A DNA stretch of 45,326 bases, from contig DAHVQG010000017.1 of assembly GCA_027317865.1 (NCBI GenBank), positions 1 to 45,326 of the forward strand, read 5' to 3'. How positions within the stretch are numbered: position 1 is the stretch's first letter; every line of letters starts with the position of its first letter. Of the stretch, positions 35,597 to 45,326 are shown piece by piece. The position numbers and the translations under genes were made by a program. The notes under the pieces were generated by a model. It searched no databases. It was not told the DNA's origin and saw only the letters and a program-made list of their open reading frames with translations. Source of the DNA: Bdellovibrionales bacterium (GTDB lineage Bacteria; Bdellovibrionota; Bdellovibrionia; Bdellovibrionales; UBA1609).

Positions 35597-38110
35597 TTAT
35601 TGTTGCGCGGCACACTTATGGTTTTGCTCGCCGGCTTGAGTTAACACTCGCAAGACATTGAGTATGCCCTCGCGATCTATCGACATTTGCGGCAAAATCG
35701 CCGCTGACGGTACGCAAACTCCGAGAAACTTGCGAGCACACGGTTTTGGCTCATGTTGCGTGATATGATCAAATTGATCGGGGTCATTATTGAAATATCG
35801 GCCCTGGTACCAGAGAACTGTGGATTTATCTCCCCAACTGGTGGGGATCCGCTGGTATTTAATTATAAACGCAAAAATGGCTTTGAGCCGCGCAACGGAA
35901 TAAGGTCTATTCGCATGCTCAAAAGCCTCCACCTGTCGCGCAATATAGCCGTCGAAGCGCGAGAATGCCTCCATAATTTCGTATTGATCTAAAACGCCGT
36001 TTTGGTCGTGATCGTAAACTGCAAAAATGGTTTCGACGTAATGTAAAACCGTTGCAATGGTCGCAATTTCAGAAAACTGAATAAAATTGGCGTTCGTGCA
36101 CGGATATCGTGCAATATCCTCAAGGTTGAAGAGTGCGTCGCGTTTCTCTTCAGGGCTCATTTGCATAAAGGCGCGCTGAAGATTCGGCAAATTTGAAAAC
36201 GCTCTAAAATTATTGTCGAAAAAATGACTGTCAAAACAAGGACGATATATTTCGGGGTAACCGTAAACGTCTTTCGGCCCAGGCGGAAAACCATCACGCG
36301 CACACGCCGCGCTAATTTGTTTATACAAAACATTACGCACTTCACCGCCCGACCAAAGCGTCGTGATATATTCCATAATCTGATTAAAATTCAAAAGATC
36401 GTGCTTTCTATGCCCTGGAGTATTGATTCCGTCGCCGTCGTAAGTAAATAGTTTTGCTTCAATAAACGATTTTGTCCCCGACCCGTATTTGGGGTACATA
36501 AACTTTAAATCGACGCCTAAATCGTGAACAACATTGTAGAATCGATTCATTTCCGATTCCGTCACGCCCGTTTGAGTCCAATCGCCGTTGAGCAATGCAA
36601 TTCTTCTGTCGGATGCGAACCCTCGCACAAGAAGCCGCGCGAGTGTGTGCATCACGTTCATGTAAGTCAAATCGGTCATGCCGTATTTCACGCCGTAATA
36701 TTTCAACTCGTCGCGAGGCATAATGTAGGCGCGCTTGCCGCCGTTGCGAAAATACGGCGGAATATTGCGGATAATTTTTTGAATTTCGTATCCGTTCGGT
36801 GAAGCGTTCTGCGTTAACAATCGCTCTAAGTTGAAACTGGGTAAAATCGCCTTGAAATCTTGCAGAACACTCGGTGATGAGATCGAGGTGAAACCCAGCG
36901 CTTGCTGTGCCTCATTGCTGATGTATATTTGCGAACTTGCCCATAAATTAAATTCACTTTCGAGCTCACCGAGCTGTGTCCAAGTTAGCCCTTGCACCGT
37001 TGTTCCGCGCGGTTGTGTGAGTGGTAGCAGAGCGTTTGAAACAATGTAACGATAGACTTCGTCCGCCGATTCCGGGCGAATGCCGTCAGGCAGAAGATGC
37101 GCTTTGCCTAAAGCCGAAATCAGCAAATCGGTTGACTTAAACGAAACCATTTTATTCGGGATTTGATCAATCGTTCTGCCGATCAAATCAAAAATATCAT
37201 GAGCCGTACCGATTAGAATGTCTAAGTTCGGTCCGTAGGTCATACTTGGACTGCGATCAAGCAAGCGAAAATTTATTAAAGAGGAATAAACGGATGAAAT
37301 CGAATCAAACAGTTTAGGCCAGTCACTCGGCTCAATGACATTGCTGAGTTGCCCCGTGACCACGTATTTATGAGCTTTCACAAGGTTCGTAAATTCGCCC
37401 GGCGACATACTGTCGGGGTGCAGTTTTCGCCAATTTAAAAAAATCTGCGTGTCGCGTAGTAAATGGTCCAAAGACTCCAGCGAATACGGACGATTATTGG
37501 CCTGTAATAGCGCGGCAAAATCAAGAGCCGAAATTCGTAAATGTGTTTTGGCCTGCTCAAGAAACGCATGATTTATTTCCGCATTTGCCGCTTGATCCAA
37601 ATGGCCATACAATCGGACATAGGGTAAGTTCGCGATCGCCTGATCCTGAACAAAGGTTACAAGATCGATCATTTTTTCGATTTCACCGTCGGTGATGACA
37701 TCGCTCGAACCCCCTAAAATGACGGCTTTCAAATTCATGATGTCTTTTACGAATTGATCTGAAAGTTGTTGTTGCGGGCCCAAATAATGTTCGTTTAAAA
37801 ACTTCTGCAAATCTTGAGGGCGATATCCGTTCGGGATAGTCCCTCGGGTAAAAACCATGAATCGGTTAAGCGCGGTGCGAATGCAGCCCGCAAAAGCCCG
37901 CACATGCTCGGCATTCATGTCACCGTCTAGATACGAATTCACCTTTTTGCCGATCTGGTACATGCACGAGTACTTGCCTAAATTTACCGACAGAGCCCCG
38001 GCGGGAGGGTTTCGTTCATTCCACCAGCCACAACCGAATAACCCGACGAGCAGCGAAACCGACGCGGCGGCAACAGCCACGCGAGTCATGTATTTTGATT
38101 TAAAATACAT
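35597..38110 (-). CDS. Large alpha-helical lipoprotein with EF-hand-like loop (copy 2)
   Basis: Lipobox LFGC; loop DHDQNGVLDQYE; paralogous to 39668..41806. Confidence 0.8.
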   Translation of the reverse strand: MYFKSKYMTRVAVAAASVSLLVGLFGCGWWNERNPPAGALSVNLGKYSCMYQIGKKVNSYLDGDMNAEHVRAFAGCIRTALNRFMVFTRGTIPNGYRPQDLQKFLNEHYLGPQQQLSDQFVKDIMNLKAVILGGSSDVITDGEIEKMIDLVTFVQDQAIANLPYVRLYGHLDQAANAEINHAFLEQAKTHLRISALDFAALLQANNRPYSLESLDHLLRDTQIFLNWRKLHPDSMSPGEFTNLVKAHKYVVTGQLSNVIEPSDWPKLFDSISSVYSSLINFRLLDRSPSMTYGPNLDILIGTAHDIFDLIGRTIDQIPNKMVSFKSTDLLISALGKAHLLPDGIRPESADEVYRYIVSNALLPLTQPRGTTVQGLTWTQLGELESEFNLWASSQIYISNEAQQALGFTSISSPSVLQDFKAILPSFNLERLLTQNASPNGYEIQKIIRNIPPYFRNGGKRAYIMPRDELKYYGVKYGMTDLTYMNVMHTLARLLVRGFASDRRIALLNGDWTQTGVTESEMNRFYNVVHDLGVDLKFMYPKYGSGTKSFIEAKLFTYDGDGINTPGHRKHDLLNFNQIMEYITTLWSGGEVRNVLYKQISAACARDGFPPGPKDVYGYPEIYRPCFDSHFFDNNFRAFSNLPNLQRAFMQMSPEEKRDALFNLEDIARYPCTNANFIQFSEIATIATVLHYVETIFAVYDHDQNGVLDQYEIMEAFSRFDGYIARQVEAFEHANRPYSVARLKAIFAFIIKYQRIPTSWGDKSTVLWYQGRYFNNDPDQFDHITQHEPKPCARKFLGVCVPSAAILPQMSIDREGILNVLRVLTQAGEQNHKCAAQQ

Positions 38111-39596
38111 AGGTAAGCCCCCCGATCACCCGACTGTTACCCCGATATTTTGAAATGAAACTTGTGCTTGAAAAATTCGATGGCGGCAAACCCAAAACGT
38201 CGCCGGCAAGCGACCATGTCCAATGCCAGTCGTACTGATAATTCAATAAAAAGTGAACCCATTGACCGGCGTCAGAAAGTGAATAAATATACCCAAGCTC
38301 TCCGTCGAGACCCGAATCGGCTTCACGCCAAAACTGCGCATGAAATTGCAAACCCGCCAAACGGTCAAAACTCATTCGATCGGCGGAAGATTCCACCTCG
38401 CCTTGAATAATTGTGTCTGTTTTTGGATTCGTTTGCTCGATTCTCTGCACATAGCTCAAGCCCAAACCGGCATGTTCCAACCCAAAAATGTCCAGATCAC
38501 GGCGATACAGGGCCCCTAAATACTGTGAGTCGACGAGTTGTGACTGCTCGTAATTACTCGGCAAACTAGGATTGTTAAAATGCTCCCACGTGTCAGAAAG
38601 CATGAATTCACCGTTGTCGTTAAAATGAAAACCGGCTTCGGCGGTAAAAACATGTTCGTCGATTACCATCGGCAGAACTGTTACTGTCGCGAGGTTTTCG
38701 GCAACATTGAAATTCAAATTGTCTGCTATATGAAACTGGTTCATTGGTTTATAGGCATACGAAGTTCTGAGATAGGGTCCGGCGTTTTTCTGGCCAAACT
38801 CCGTCATGACAGCAAAACTCTTATGAAAAATAACGCTCGAAGGGTTAACTGACGCAATGGTGTAATCGATATTCGAAGGCTCATTATAATTGCTGAACTG
38901 TGAAACAGGCGCGCGAAACCAACGGTTATCTGAAGTGATTTGACCGTTACTCACTTGGTAATCTGGCTGCTGGTCAGGCAGAAATATATCGGAGGCGAAA
39001 AAAACCATATGAAATCGGTCTTCGGAAATACGCGCAAATACACCAGTTAATCCCTGAGTCATGGGGTCAGCGGCGTCCCATCGAGCGAGCGGCTGCCATA
39101 TCCCCAAATGCCAGAACTCGTCGAGTTCCGACCAATTTTGCACCTCGCGCCCAATTGAAAGTTGAAAATGACGAGACGGTGTTTTGACCTTCCAGAAGGC
39201 GTTAGGAACGGCGACCTCAAAATGCGTGCCCGCGCTCATGGGTAACACTAATAGCCCATCGGTTTTGAGGGTGTTTTCGAAACCGCTGCTCGTTTCGGTT
39301 TTATGGTAATAACCAAACTGCGGAGACAATTGGGTGTACTGACTGAACTGATCTGTCGTCTGCGCCGTGTTAGAGTTGTAGTTGTACTGCTGGATTTCGA
39401 CCGAAAGATAATTTGCTCCCGACGAGCTCGGCATCGGCTCATTCGAAGTCGGAAGCGGCATAGTAATAGATTCGGTATCTCCGAGCGCGCGCGCCGGTTT
39501 CGGCCAGATGACCGCAATCAGGAGCGCAAAGCTAACGACGATGCTCGTACGAAGGCACCGATTGCCCTTAGGGCAAACAATCGATAAATAACCCAT
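38100..39596 (-). CDS. Outer-membrane beta-barrel protein (copy 2)
   Basis: Signal peptide; alternating aromatic strands; ends GLTYVF; paralogous to 41796..43217. Confidence 0.78.
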   Translation of the reverse strand: MGYLSIVCPKGNRCLRTSIVVSFALLIAVIWPKPARALGDTESITMPLPTSNEPMPSSSGANYLSVEIQQYNYNSNTAQTTDQFSQYTQLSPQFGYYHKTETSSGFENTLKTDGLLVLPMSAGTHFEVAVPNAFWKVKTPSRHFQLSIGREVQNWSELDEFWHLGIWQPLARWDAADPMTQGLTGVFARISEDRFHMVFFASDIFLPDQQPDYQVSNGQITSDNRWFRAPVSQFSNYNEPSNIDYTIASVNPSSVIFHKSFAVMTEFGQKNAGPYLRTSYAYKPMNQFHIADNLNFNVAENLATVTVLPMVIDEHVFTAEAGFHFNDNGEFMLSDTWEHFNNPSLPSNYEQSQLVDSQYLGALYRRDLDIFGLEHAGLGLSYVQRIEQTNPKTDTIIQGEVESSADRMSFDRLAGLQFHAQFWREADSGLDGELGYIYSLSDAGQWVHFLLNYQYDWHWTWSLAGDVLGLPPSNFSSTSFISKYRGNSRVIGGLTYVF

Positions 39597-39667
39597 CCCG
39601 GCGGCATCATACCATTACATCCCGCATGGTCGAATGAGAGTCTCATGAGTGTAAATATTCCATTAAA

Positions 39668-41806
39668 TCAACTGTTCAACTGAGACAAATAGGCGATTAT
39701 TTCAAGAAGGCGCCCGCGATCAAGGCTAAAAAACCACCATTGCGGGTTGATTTGAGCCGGGTACCTGAATTGAATACTCGGTTGCGGTTCAACTGAATTC
39801 ATACGCAGCCCACCGATTAAGGCGTGCTTAAAAAAGCGAAGCATTTTAACCAATTCCAGGGGCCCGATGGAGCCGTCATGATCCGTATCAAATCTCAGCA
39901 TTAAAGTTTCGACATACTGTAGAAGTATAAAAGATTCATCGACGCTCGATTGACTCATAGGAACGGACGTCGCCCCGTGCGCGCGTACCGTTTCTTCAAC
40001 ATAAGTTAAAATATTGTTCCAGCCGGTTTGCGATAGTCCTTTGGCGTAACTTCTAAAGTCAGGCATATTCGCCATCAATTCGCCGTAATTTTTTTGCATG
40101 CTCGACCTGAAACATGGCTCACTAATCAAGCCGCCGGCCAAATAACAATTCTTAGGTAATGTCTGCATAAATACTTTGCCGGCATCGATCCCCGAAATGA
40201 CATTCTGTACGTATTCAATCAGTTCATAAAAACTCAAGTAGTTATCGTCGTTACTTCGCGGCATAAATAAATTCGCGTCACGAAAGAGGCGCTGATCAAA
40301 CGTTGTATCACTTGGGCTATCCAAATTGAACATAACCAGCACCGGCTTCAAATCTAGATAAGCCTGGTGCAACTCGGTTTGGCTGAGTTCACCTTCTTTT
40401 AAACGCGTTTTGTTTTTAATATAGGCCTGAAATAAAACGTGAAATACCGCACGCGACCAATTGAGACGAGTTGCGCTGGCTAAGTTAACTGGCGCTTTTG
40501 ACCGCCAGTTAAAAATCAACCGGCCATACGAATCCACACGAAGCGGCCAGGGGCCATTCAACACATGGGTCATTTCGATCCAACCCGGATCTTTTGGCAG
40601 CGATTTGCCCTCGATCAACGCGTTCTGTACTTGCACCCAATCGCTCACCTGATTTTGTAAATATTGAATTTTATCCGCACTTATACCTGACTTTGAAAAT
40701 TCACCTTGCGGATTCAAAATCGTATCAAAAAACGTTTTCATGAAAGCGTTAGCCGTCGCCTGGTCAAATGTCTTCGGGAGAAAACCGAACGGGATGGCCG
40801 CGTCGACCACCGAATCAATATCCTTAAGCGGAATGACGCCGTTTGGCCGGCGTTGCGCTGCGCTTTCGAGAATATCGGTGATACTTGAAAACATCGAGCT
40901 CAACTCATTGAGTTGATTCGGGCGCTCAAGGCTGTTCGTCGTAAGAAAATACTGTTTTCGAACGAATAACGAATAAAGTTGGACCGCAATATGGGTCAGC
41001 GGGACCCAATCCTGCGGTTCAATTGCCGTGCTATTTGAATTCAGAATGACGGCCTTAACCTTTGCGACTAGCGGAATATACGGTGACAGATCGATATATT
41101 TCTGACTCGAATTTTGCCGGACTAAGAAATTATGTATCCCCTGAAGCAACGACTGCAAGTGCGCAAACGAGTAAGACGCATGATCCGGATTGATGACCGT
41201 AGGTAAGCTCGTCAGTGCCTCATTGATCACTTGCAGAGCTCGGTCAACCTGAGCTGATGATGGCCCCGCCCCGGCAGACTTCCCGAACAAGAAGCGGGTA
41301 TATGGCAGTAGTTTGACTGAAATGTTATTTAGATCATTTAATAAAACGAGCGTGTGCTGAATTTCGGCATGGGTGATGACTTGTGACGATCCGCCAACAA
41401 AAATTGTTTTAAGCTCCATTAGCTCGGCGAGCAGGCGGTTTGAAATGACATGACCGTCTGGGCCGCGCACTTCATGGGCAAGAAAATATTTTTCTAAAAA
41501 TTCGCGAAGCCCTCGAGGAGTATATGCACCTTTAGTGCCCGGACTTCTGACATATGTTGAAAACATCGAAAGCACATAGTGAAAACAACCCCAGAGTGCG
41601 CGCGTCTCACCCACACTTGCTTTGCCGTTAAAATAATCGTGTATTTGCCCCGGGATCTGCTCCATACATTGCGCACCCGAGAGCTGTATATTTCGAATAC
41701 TGTTGTACGGTGCATTCTGCCCGGAGCAGCCAAATAACGCGCCAAAAGCTAGCGGTAGACTAACCAAAACTATTGTTATTTGCCGACGCCGCAGCTTAAA
41801 AAACAT
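39668..41806 (-). CDS. Large alpha-helical lipoprotein with EF-hand-like loop (copy 1)
   Basis: Start 41806 gives MFFKLRRRQITIVLVSLPLAFGALFGC (lipobox); loop DTDHDGSIGPLE. Confidence 0.8.
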   Translation of the reverse strand: MFFKLRRRQITIVLVSLPLAFGALFGCSGQNAPYNSIRNIQLSGAQCMEQIPGQIHDYFNGKASVGETRALWGCFHYVLSMFSTYVRSPGTKGAYTPRGLREFLEKYFLAHEVRGPDGHVISNRLLAELMELKTIFVGGSSQVITHAEIQHTLVLLNDLNNISVKLLPYTRFLFGKSAGAGPSSAQVDRALQVINEALTSLPTVINPDHASYSFAHLQSLLQGIHNFLVRQNSSQKYIDLSPYIPLVAKVKAVILNSNSTAIEPQDWVPLTHIAVQLYSLFVRKQYFLTTNSLERPNQLNELSSMFSSITDILESAAQRRPNGVIPLKDIDSVVDAAIPFGFLPKTFDQATANAFMKTFFDTILNPQGEFSKSGISADKIQYLQNQVSDWVQVQNALIEGKSLPKDPGWIEMTHVLNGPWPLRVDSYGRLIFNWRSKAPVNLASATRLNWSRAVFHVLFQAYIKNKTRLKEGELSQTELHQAYLDLKPVLVMFNLDSPSDTTFDQRLFRDANLFMPRSNDDNYLSFYELIEYVQNVISGIDAGKVFMQTLPKNCYLAGGLISEPCFRSSMQKNYGELMANMPDFRSYAKGLSQTGWNNILTYVEETVRAHGATSVPMSQSSVDESFILLQYVETLMLRFDTDHDGSIGPLELVKMLRFFKHALIGGLRMNSVEPQPSIQFRYPAQINPQWWFFSLDRGRLLEIIAYLSQLNS

Positions 41807-43217
41807 AAGCCACATCCACGGACGCAAGGCTATTCGAGCGATACAAGGCAAAAAAACCGTTTTCTTGCGACGGGTTTGGGTCAGCGAATAATCCCAACAA
41901 ATCGGCGCGTACGCGAGCTTGCCATGACCGGTCAAAACTAAATAAATATTCGTTGAGTAATTCCCATCCATCGAGGCGCGGATCGAAAGTTGCCTCGGTT
42001 TCGTAACGACTTAAGTGCTCGCCCCATTTTTCAGGTGAAAATGAAAAACCTAGACGTAAAGCTGATAAATATCTTGGTCGCAAAGCAAATTGGCTTTCAG
42101 GTTGCGCTTCTTCACCAAGATCTTCCGGCTGATTACCCCAGACGTTCATTATACCGCCGTAAATCGTATCTGTTGAGTCACCGTAAACATCCCAATTTGC
42201 AGTAAGAGAGCCCATCCACGACGGTGCAAGGTTTTGCTCAATCCACTGGTAGGGCACCGACGCCAATTGCGGAGAGTCGTAGGTTACTGAAGGTATGATG
42301 GTGACGTGACCCACAGCCCCGGTGTTGATGCGCCAAATATTTTCAACGGTGGCAATGTGATGGTAATCGAACTGTGGTTCAACATTTACCCCCATATATG
42401 TTCCACTCGAGTCCGCCGCGATGCCAAAATTAAATCCCAATACGGGAGTGTTCATCGGCTTATAGGCGTAGGCAATATGCAAAGTCGCGCTAGGCGACTC
42501 TTTGTAATCCAACTTATACGCCACCGACGGTTTCAAAACGATCGATGTCAGTGACGGCAAATTGACATTCATATGTACGGGCGTGAGCTGCTCCCAAAGC
42601 GACACCACTGGAGGGGTATTGCGGAACCACGGGTTTTGCGACACCAACATGTTATTCTTCTCGTAATACGTTGGATCGGTTTCAGGAAAATAAAACGGCG
42701 AGACAAAAGCCGTCATTTTCAATCGCGAACCGGTCGACGGCTTATAAAATAATCCCGTGAGCCCGTCTTCGGTCGGGCGAAAACCATCCCAGTTAAAACG
42801 CGGTTGCCAGTAACCGAACTGCCAAAACGAATCGGCGTGCGACCAAGCCTCGCGATGGCGCCCGATCCAAATTTTATAACCGGGTCGAGAAATTTCGCCG
42901 CTGAGTTCTGGCACATCGTAATAACTTGTTTGTTCCTGATCAGAGTAAAACCAACGGGCTTGTAACAGAAATGGTGCCTTGAGATGCGTCACTCCTACGC
43001 CAACGGTTTCAATATTGCTCGATTTTTGGTCTCCACCAAAATAGTTGGACTTCGAATTAATGTACGAATCGTTACTGACGTCGAATGACATTTTAAACTG
43101 TGATAATTTTGGGGCGACTTTGCGAAGCGATAGTCGCGAGGTAACAGCCGCCGATGGCCGCGTTAGCGCGGGCGCGTCGTATCGGGTCGTTTCGGCGTGC
43201 GCTATGGCCAGTGGCAC
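41796..43217 (-). CDS. Outer-membrane beta-barrel protein (copy 1), start uncertain
   Basis: Ends DVAYVF and shares motifs with 38100..39596. GTG 43217 yields only a partial signal peptide. Confidence 0.78.
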   Translation of the reverse strand: MPLAIAHAETTRYDAPALTRPSAAVTSRLSLRKVAPKLSQFKMSFDVSNDSYINSKSNYFGGDQKSSNIETVGVGVTHLKAPFLLQARWFYSDQEQTSYYDVPELSGEISRPGYKIWIGRHREAWSHADSFWQFGYWQPRFNWDGFRPTEDGLTGLFYKPSTGSRLKMTAFVSPFYFPETDPTYYEKNNMLVSQNPWFRNTPPVVSLWEQLTPVHMNVNLPSLTSIVLKPSVAYKLDYKESPSATLHIAYAYKPMNTPVLGFNFGIAADSSGTYMGVNVEPQFDYHHIATVENIWRINTGAVGHVTIIPSVTYDSPQLASVPYQWIEQNLAPSWMGSLTANWDVYGDSTDTIYGGIMNVWGNQPEDLGEEAQPESQFALRPRYLSALRLGFSFSPEKWGEHLSRYETEATFDPRLDGWELLNEYLFSFDRSWQARVRADLLGLFADPNPSQENGFFALYRSNSLASVDVAYVF

Positions 43218-43240
43218 TATCCAAGCAAAAAACGTATTGT

Positions 43241-43249
43241 CCCCCCCCC
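43241..43249 (-). repeat. G9 homopolymer at the 5' end of the barrel gene
   Basis: C9 on the + strand; the minus strand reads AAAAT-GGGGGGGGG-ACAATACG. Confidence 0.9.
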
Positions 43250-43300
43250 ATTTTCAGCCTAGGCTCAGTTGCTTAATTTAATCAAGTGGGGTGTATAGAA

Positions 43301-45241
43301 ATGTCGACAGAAGTCTTTCGCACTAAGTCAGAATGGCAGAAAAATGCGCGCTACTCGACTAAAGACCGGCTTCGCATTCTTGAGGATTCTCTAACAAATC
43401 CAGACGAATTTTGGCGAAAACAAGCTCAAAGAGTTCACTGGTTTCGCGACTTTACAAAAGTGCGAAATGTCAGCTTCAAAAAACCCGTACACATAAATTG
43501 GTTTGAAGACGGCGAATTGAATGTTGCCTACAATTGCCTTGATCGACATTTGCCAAAACGGGCAAGTCAAGTTGCGTTTATTTGGGTCCCCGAAAATGAA
43601 AACGAAAAACCACTGAAGCTCACTTACCAAAAAGTGTTTGAAGAAGTGAATCGCCTTGCTAACGCCATGAAGGCTCACGGAGTCAAACGCGGTGATCGCG
43701 TGACAATTTATCTGCCGATGATCCCTGAAGCTGTTTATTCGATGCTCGCTTGCGCTCGAATCGGCGCTGTTCATTCGGTCGTATTTGCAGGTTTTGCTCC
43801 GCACAGCTTGGCCGATCGAATTAACGACGGCAAATGCGATTTTGTCATAACAGCTGATGAAGGCTTACGCGCGGGCCGACATATACCACTCAAGAAAAAT
43901 GTTGATGAAGCTTTGAAAAGCGCGCCCGGTGTACGCAATGTTTTAGTGGTCAAACGAACTGGTGCCGACATTTCAATGACTCGCGGTCGCGACATTTGGT
44001 ATCACGACGCGGTTGCCGACGCACCCATCGAATGTGCGCCCGAGAGTATGAATGCCGAAGACCCGCTTTTTATTTTGTACACGTCCGGTTCAACCGGCAA
44101 ACCTAAGGGAGCACTTCACGCAACAGGCGGCTACCTCGTTTACTCATCTCTTACTCATGAAATGGTTTTTGATTACCATCCTGGCGATATTTATTGGTGC
44201 GCCGCTGACATCGGTTGGGTGACCGGCCACAGCTATATTGTCTATGGGCCGCTTGCAAACGGAGCGACTTCGATATTGTACGAAGGTGTACCGACCCACC
44301 CCACTCCCGCGCGAATTTGGCAAATTATAGACCAACACAAAGTTAACATTCTCTATACCGCGCCGACATTGATTCGCGCGCTCATGCGTGAAGGTTCAGA
44401 TTGGGTGAAAAAAACGTCTCGACAGTCACTTCGTGTATTAGGTTCCGTGGGCGAACCGATTAATCCCGAAGCGTGGATATGGTACTACCGTGTCGTAGGA
44501 GAAGAGCGCTGTCCGATTGTCGATACGTGGTGGCAAACCGAAACAGGTGGAATTTTGATTTCTCCCCTGCCCGGCGCAACCGATCTCAAACCGGGGTCTG
44601 CGACATTTCCTCTTTTTGGAATTGAACCCACTTTATTTGCCGAAAATGGCAAAATTATTGACGGCGCCGGTACCGGACATCTGTGTTTGAAAAATTCATG
44701 GCCGGGGCAAATGCGTACGGTTTATGGCGATCACGACCGGTTTGAATCAACTTATTTCAGCCAATATCCAGGCTACTACTACACAGGTGACGAATGTCAT
44801 CGTGACCAAGACGGTTACTATTGGATTATCGGCCGAGCAGATGACGTGATCAATGTTTCGGGTCACCGTCTCGGAACAGCCGAAGTTGAAAGTGCGCTCG
44901 TATCGCATCCCGCAGTTGCTGAAAGTGCGGTCGTTGGTTTTCCGCATGAAATTAAGGGTCAGGGGATCTATGCTTATGTAACACTTAAAGCGGGAGTGGC
45001 TGCCACAGACGAACTCAAAGAAGAACTTCGACAGCACGTGCGTAAAGAAATCGGCGGGATTGCTGTTCCGGATGTTATACAATGGGCAGCGGGCTTACCT
45101 AAAACTCGTAGCGGTAAAATTATGCGTCGGATTTTAAAGAAAATTGCCGCTCGCGTGTACGATGATCTTGGCGATGTTAGTACCCTGGCCGACCCCGCAG
45201 TCGTCGAGAGTTTAGTTTCGGATCGTAAAAAGATGGCTTAG
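43301..45241 (+). CDS. acs: Acetyl-CoA synthetase (acetate--CoA ligase)
   Basis: [63 protein letters not shown]. Confidence 0.97.
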   Translation: MSTEVFRTKSEWQKNARYSTKDRLRILEDSLTNPDEFWRKQAQRVHWFRDFTKVRNVSFKKPVHINWFEDGELNVAYNCLDRHLPKRASQVAFIWVPENENEKPLKLTYQKVFEEVNRLANAMKAHGVKRGDRVTIYLPMIPEAVYSMLACARIGAVHSVVFAGFAPHSLADRINDGKCDFVITADEGLRAGRHIPLKKNVDEALKSAPGVRNVLVVKRTGADISMTRGRDIWYHDAVADAPIECAPESMNAEDPLFILYTSGSTGKPKGALHATGGYLVYSSLTHEMVFDYHPGDIYWCAADIGWVTGHSYIVYGPLANGATSILYEGVPTHPTPARIWQIIDQHKVNILYTAPTLIRALMREGSDWVKKTSRQSLRVLGSVGEPINPEAWIWYYRVVGEERCPIVDTWWQTETGGILISPLPGATDLKPGSATFPLFGIEPTLFAENGKIIDGAGTGHLCLKNSWPGQMRTVYGDHDRFESTYFSQYPGYYYTGDECHRDQDGYYWIIGRADDVINVSGHRLGTAEVESALVSHPAVAESAVVGFPHEIKGQGIYAYVTLKAGVAATDELKEELRQHVRKEIGGIAVPDVIQWAAGLPKTRSGKIMRRILKKIAARVYDDLGDVSTLADPAVVESLVSDRKKMA

Positions 45242-45259
45242 ATTTGAAATTTATTTCGC

Positions 45260-45296
45260 GGTTTAGTTAAACTCATCGGCGCAGTTTAATTAAACC
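45260..45296. repeat. Inverted repeat made of two near-palindromic boxes GTTTA(G/A)TTAAAC
   Basis: GGTTTAGTTAAACT (45260-45273) and AGTTTAATTAAACC (45283-45296) are 13/14 complementary, just downstream of acs. Confidence 0.65.
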
Positions 45297-45326
45297 CGCC
45301 GTGTGTGCCGGTGAATTGGTGTTTGT

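Noticed and set aside
41807-41971. 55-aa N-terminal extension of the 767-aa ORF
   Set aside because: It overlaps the barrel gene. ATG 41806 gives a clean lipoprotein signal and the same overlap as the paralogous pair.
212-45082. Numerous 60-175 aa ORFs overlapping larger genes
   Set aside because: They are antisense or alternate-frame shadows of well-supported CDSs, with no motifs or RBS.

Overview
Gene-dense bacterial chromosomal segment. It is probably from a Bdellovibrionota-like organism, which I infer from recalled lineage-typical hypothetical proteins and G-rich ribosome-binding sites. From left to right it contains: (1) a sulfur module of DsrE-family protein (cut by the window edge), oxyanion-binding protein and tetraheme TsdBA thiosulfate dehydrogenase fusion; (2) small secreted proteins and lipoproteins; (3) a candidate envelope lipid-trafficking cluster (MMPL/RND lacking the usual proton-relay Asp, GT2, BPI/TULIP-like protein, OM beta-barrel, LolA-like protein); (4) an aldo/keto reductase and a large Zn-metalloprotease lipoprotein; (5) a short class II RNR / host-attachment / CsgA-like SDR operon; (6) a catalytic-domain-only tyrosine recombinase divergent from an HTH protein with a very basic tail, across a palindrome-rich spacer; (7) an S1 protease with a pentamer repeat and hairpin in its leader; (8) FtsH, a five-gene cytoplasmic phosphorelay with a sigma54 activator and flavin-type PAS kinase, and a USP; (9) LPS core genes plus FabMG; (10) two tandem copies of a [beta-barrel + large EF-hand lipoprotein] module, the first with a G9 tract at its start; (11) acs. 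I saw no rRNA, tRNA, CRISPR array or intact mobile element. All assignments come from motif recognition by eye, without database searches.
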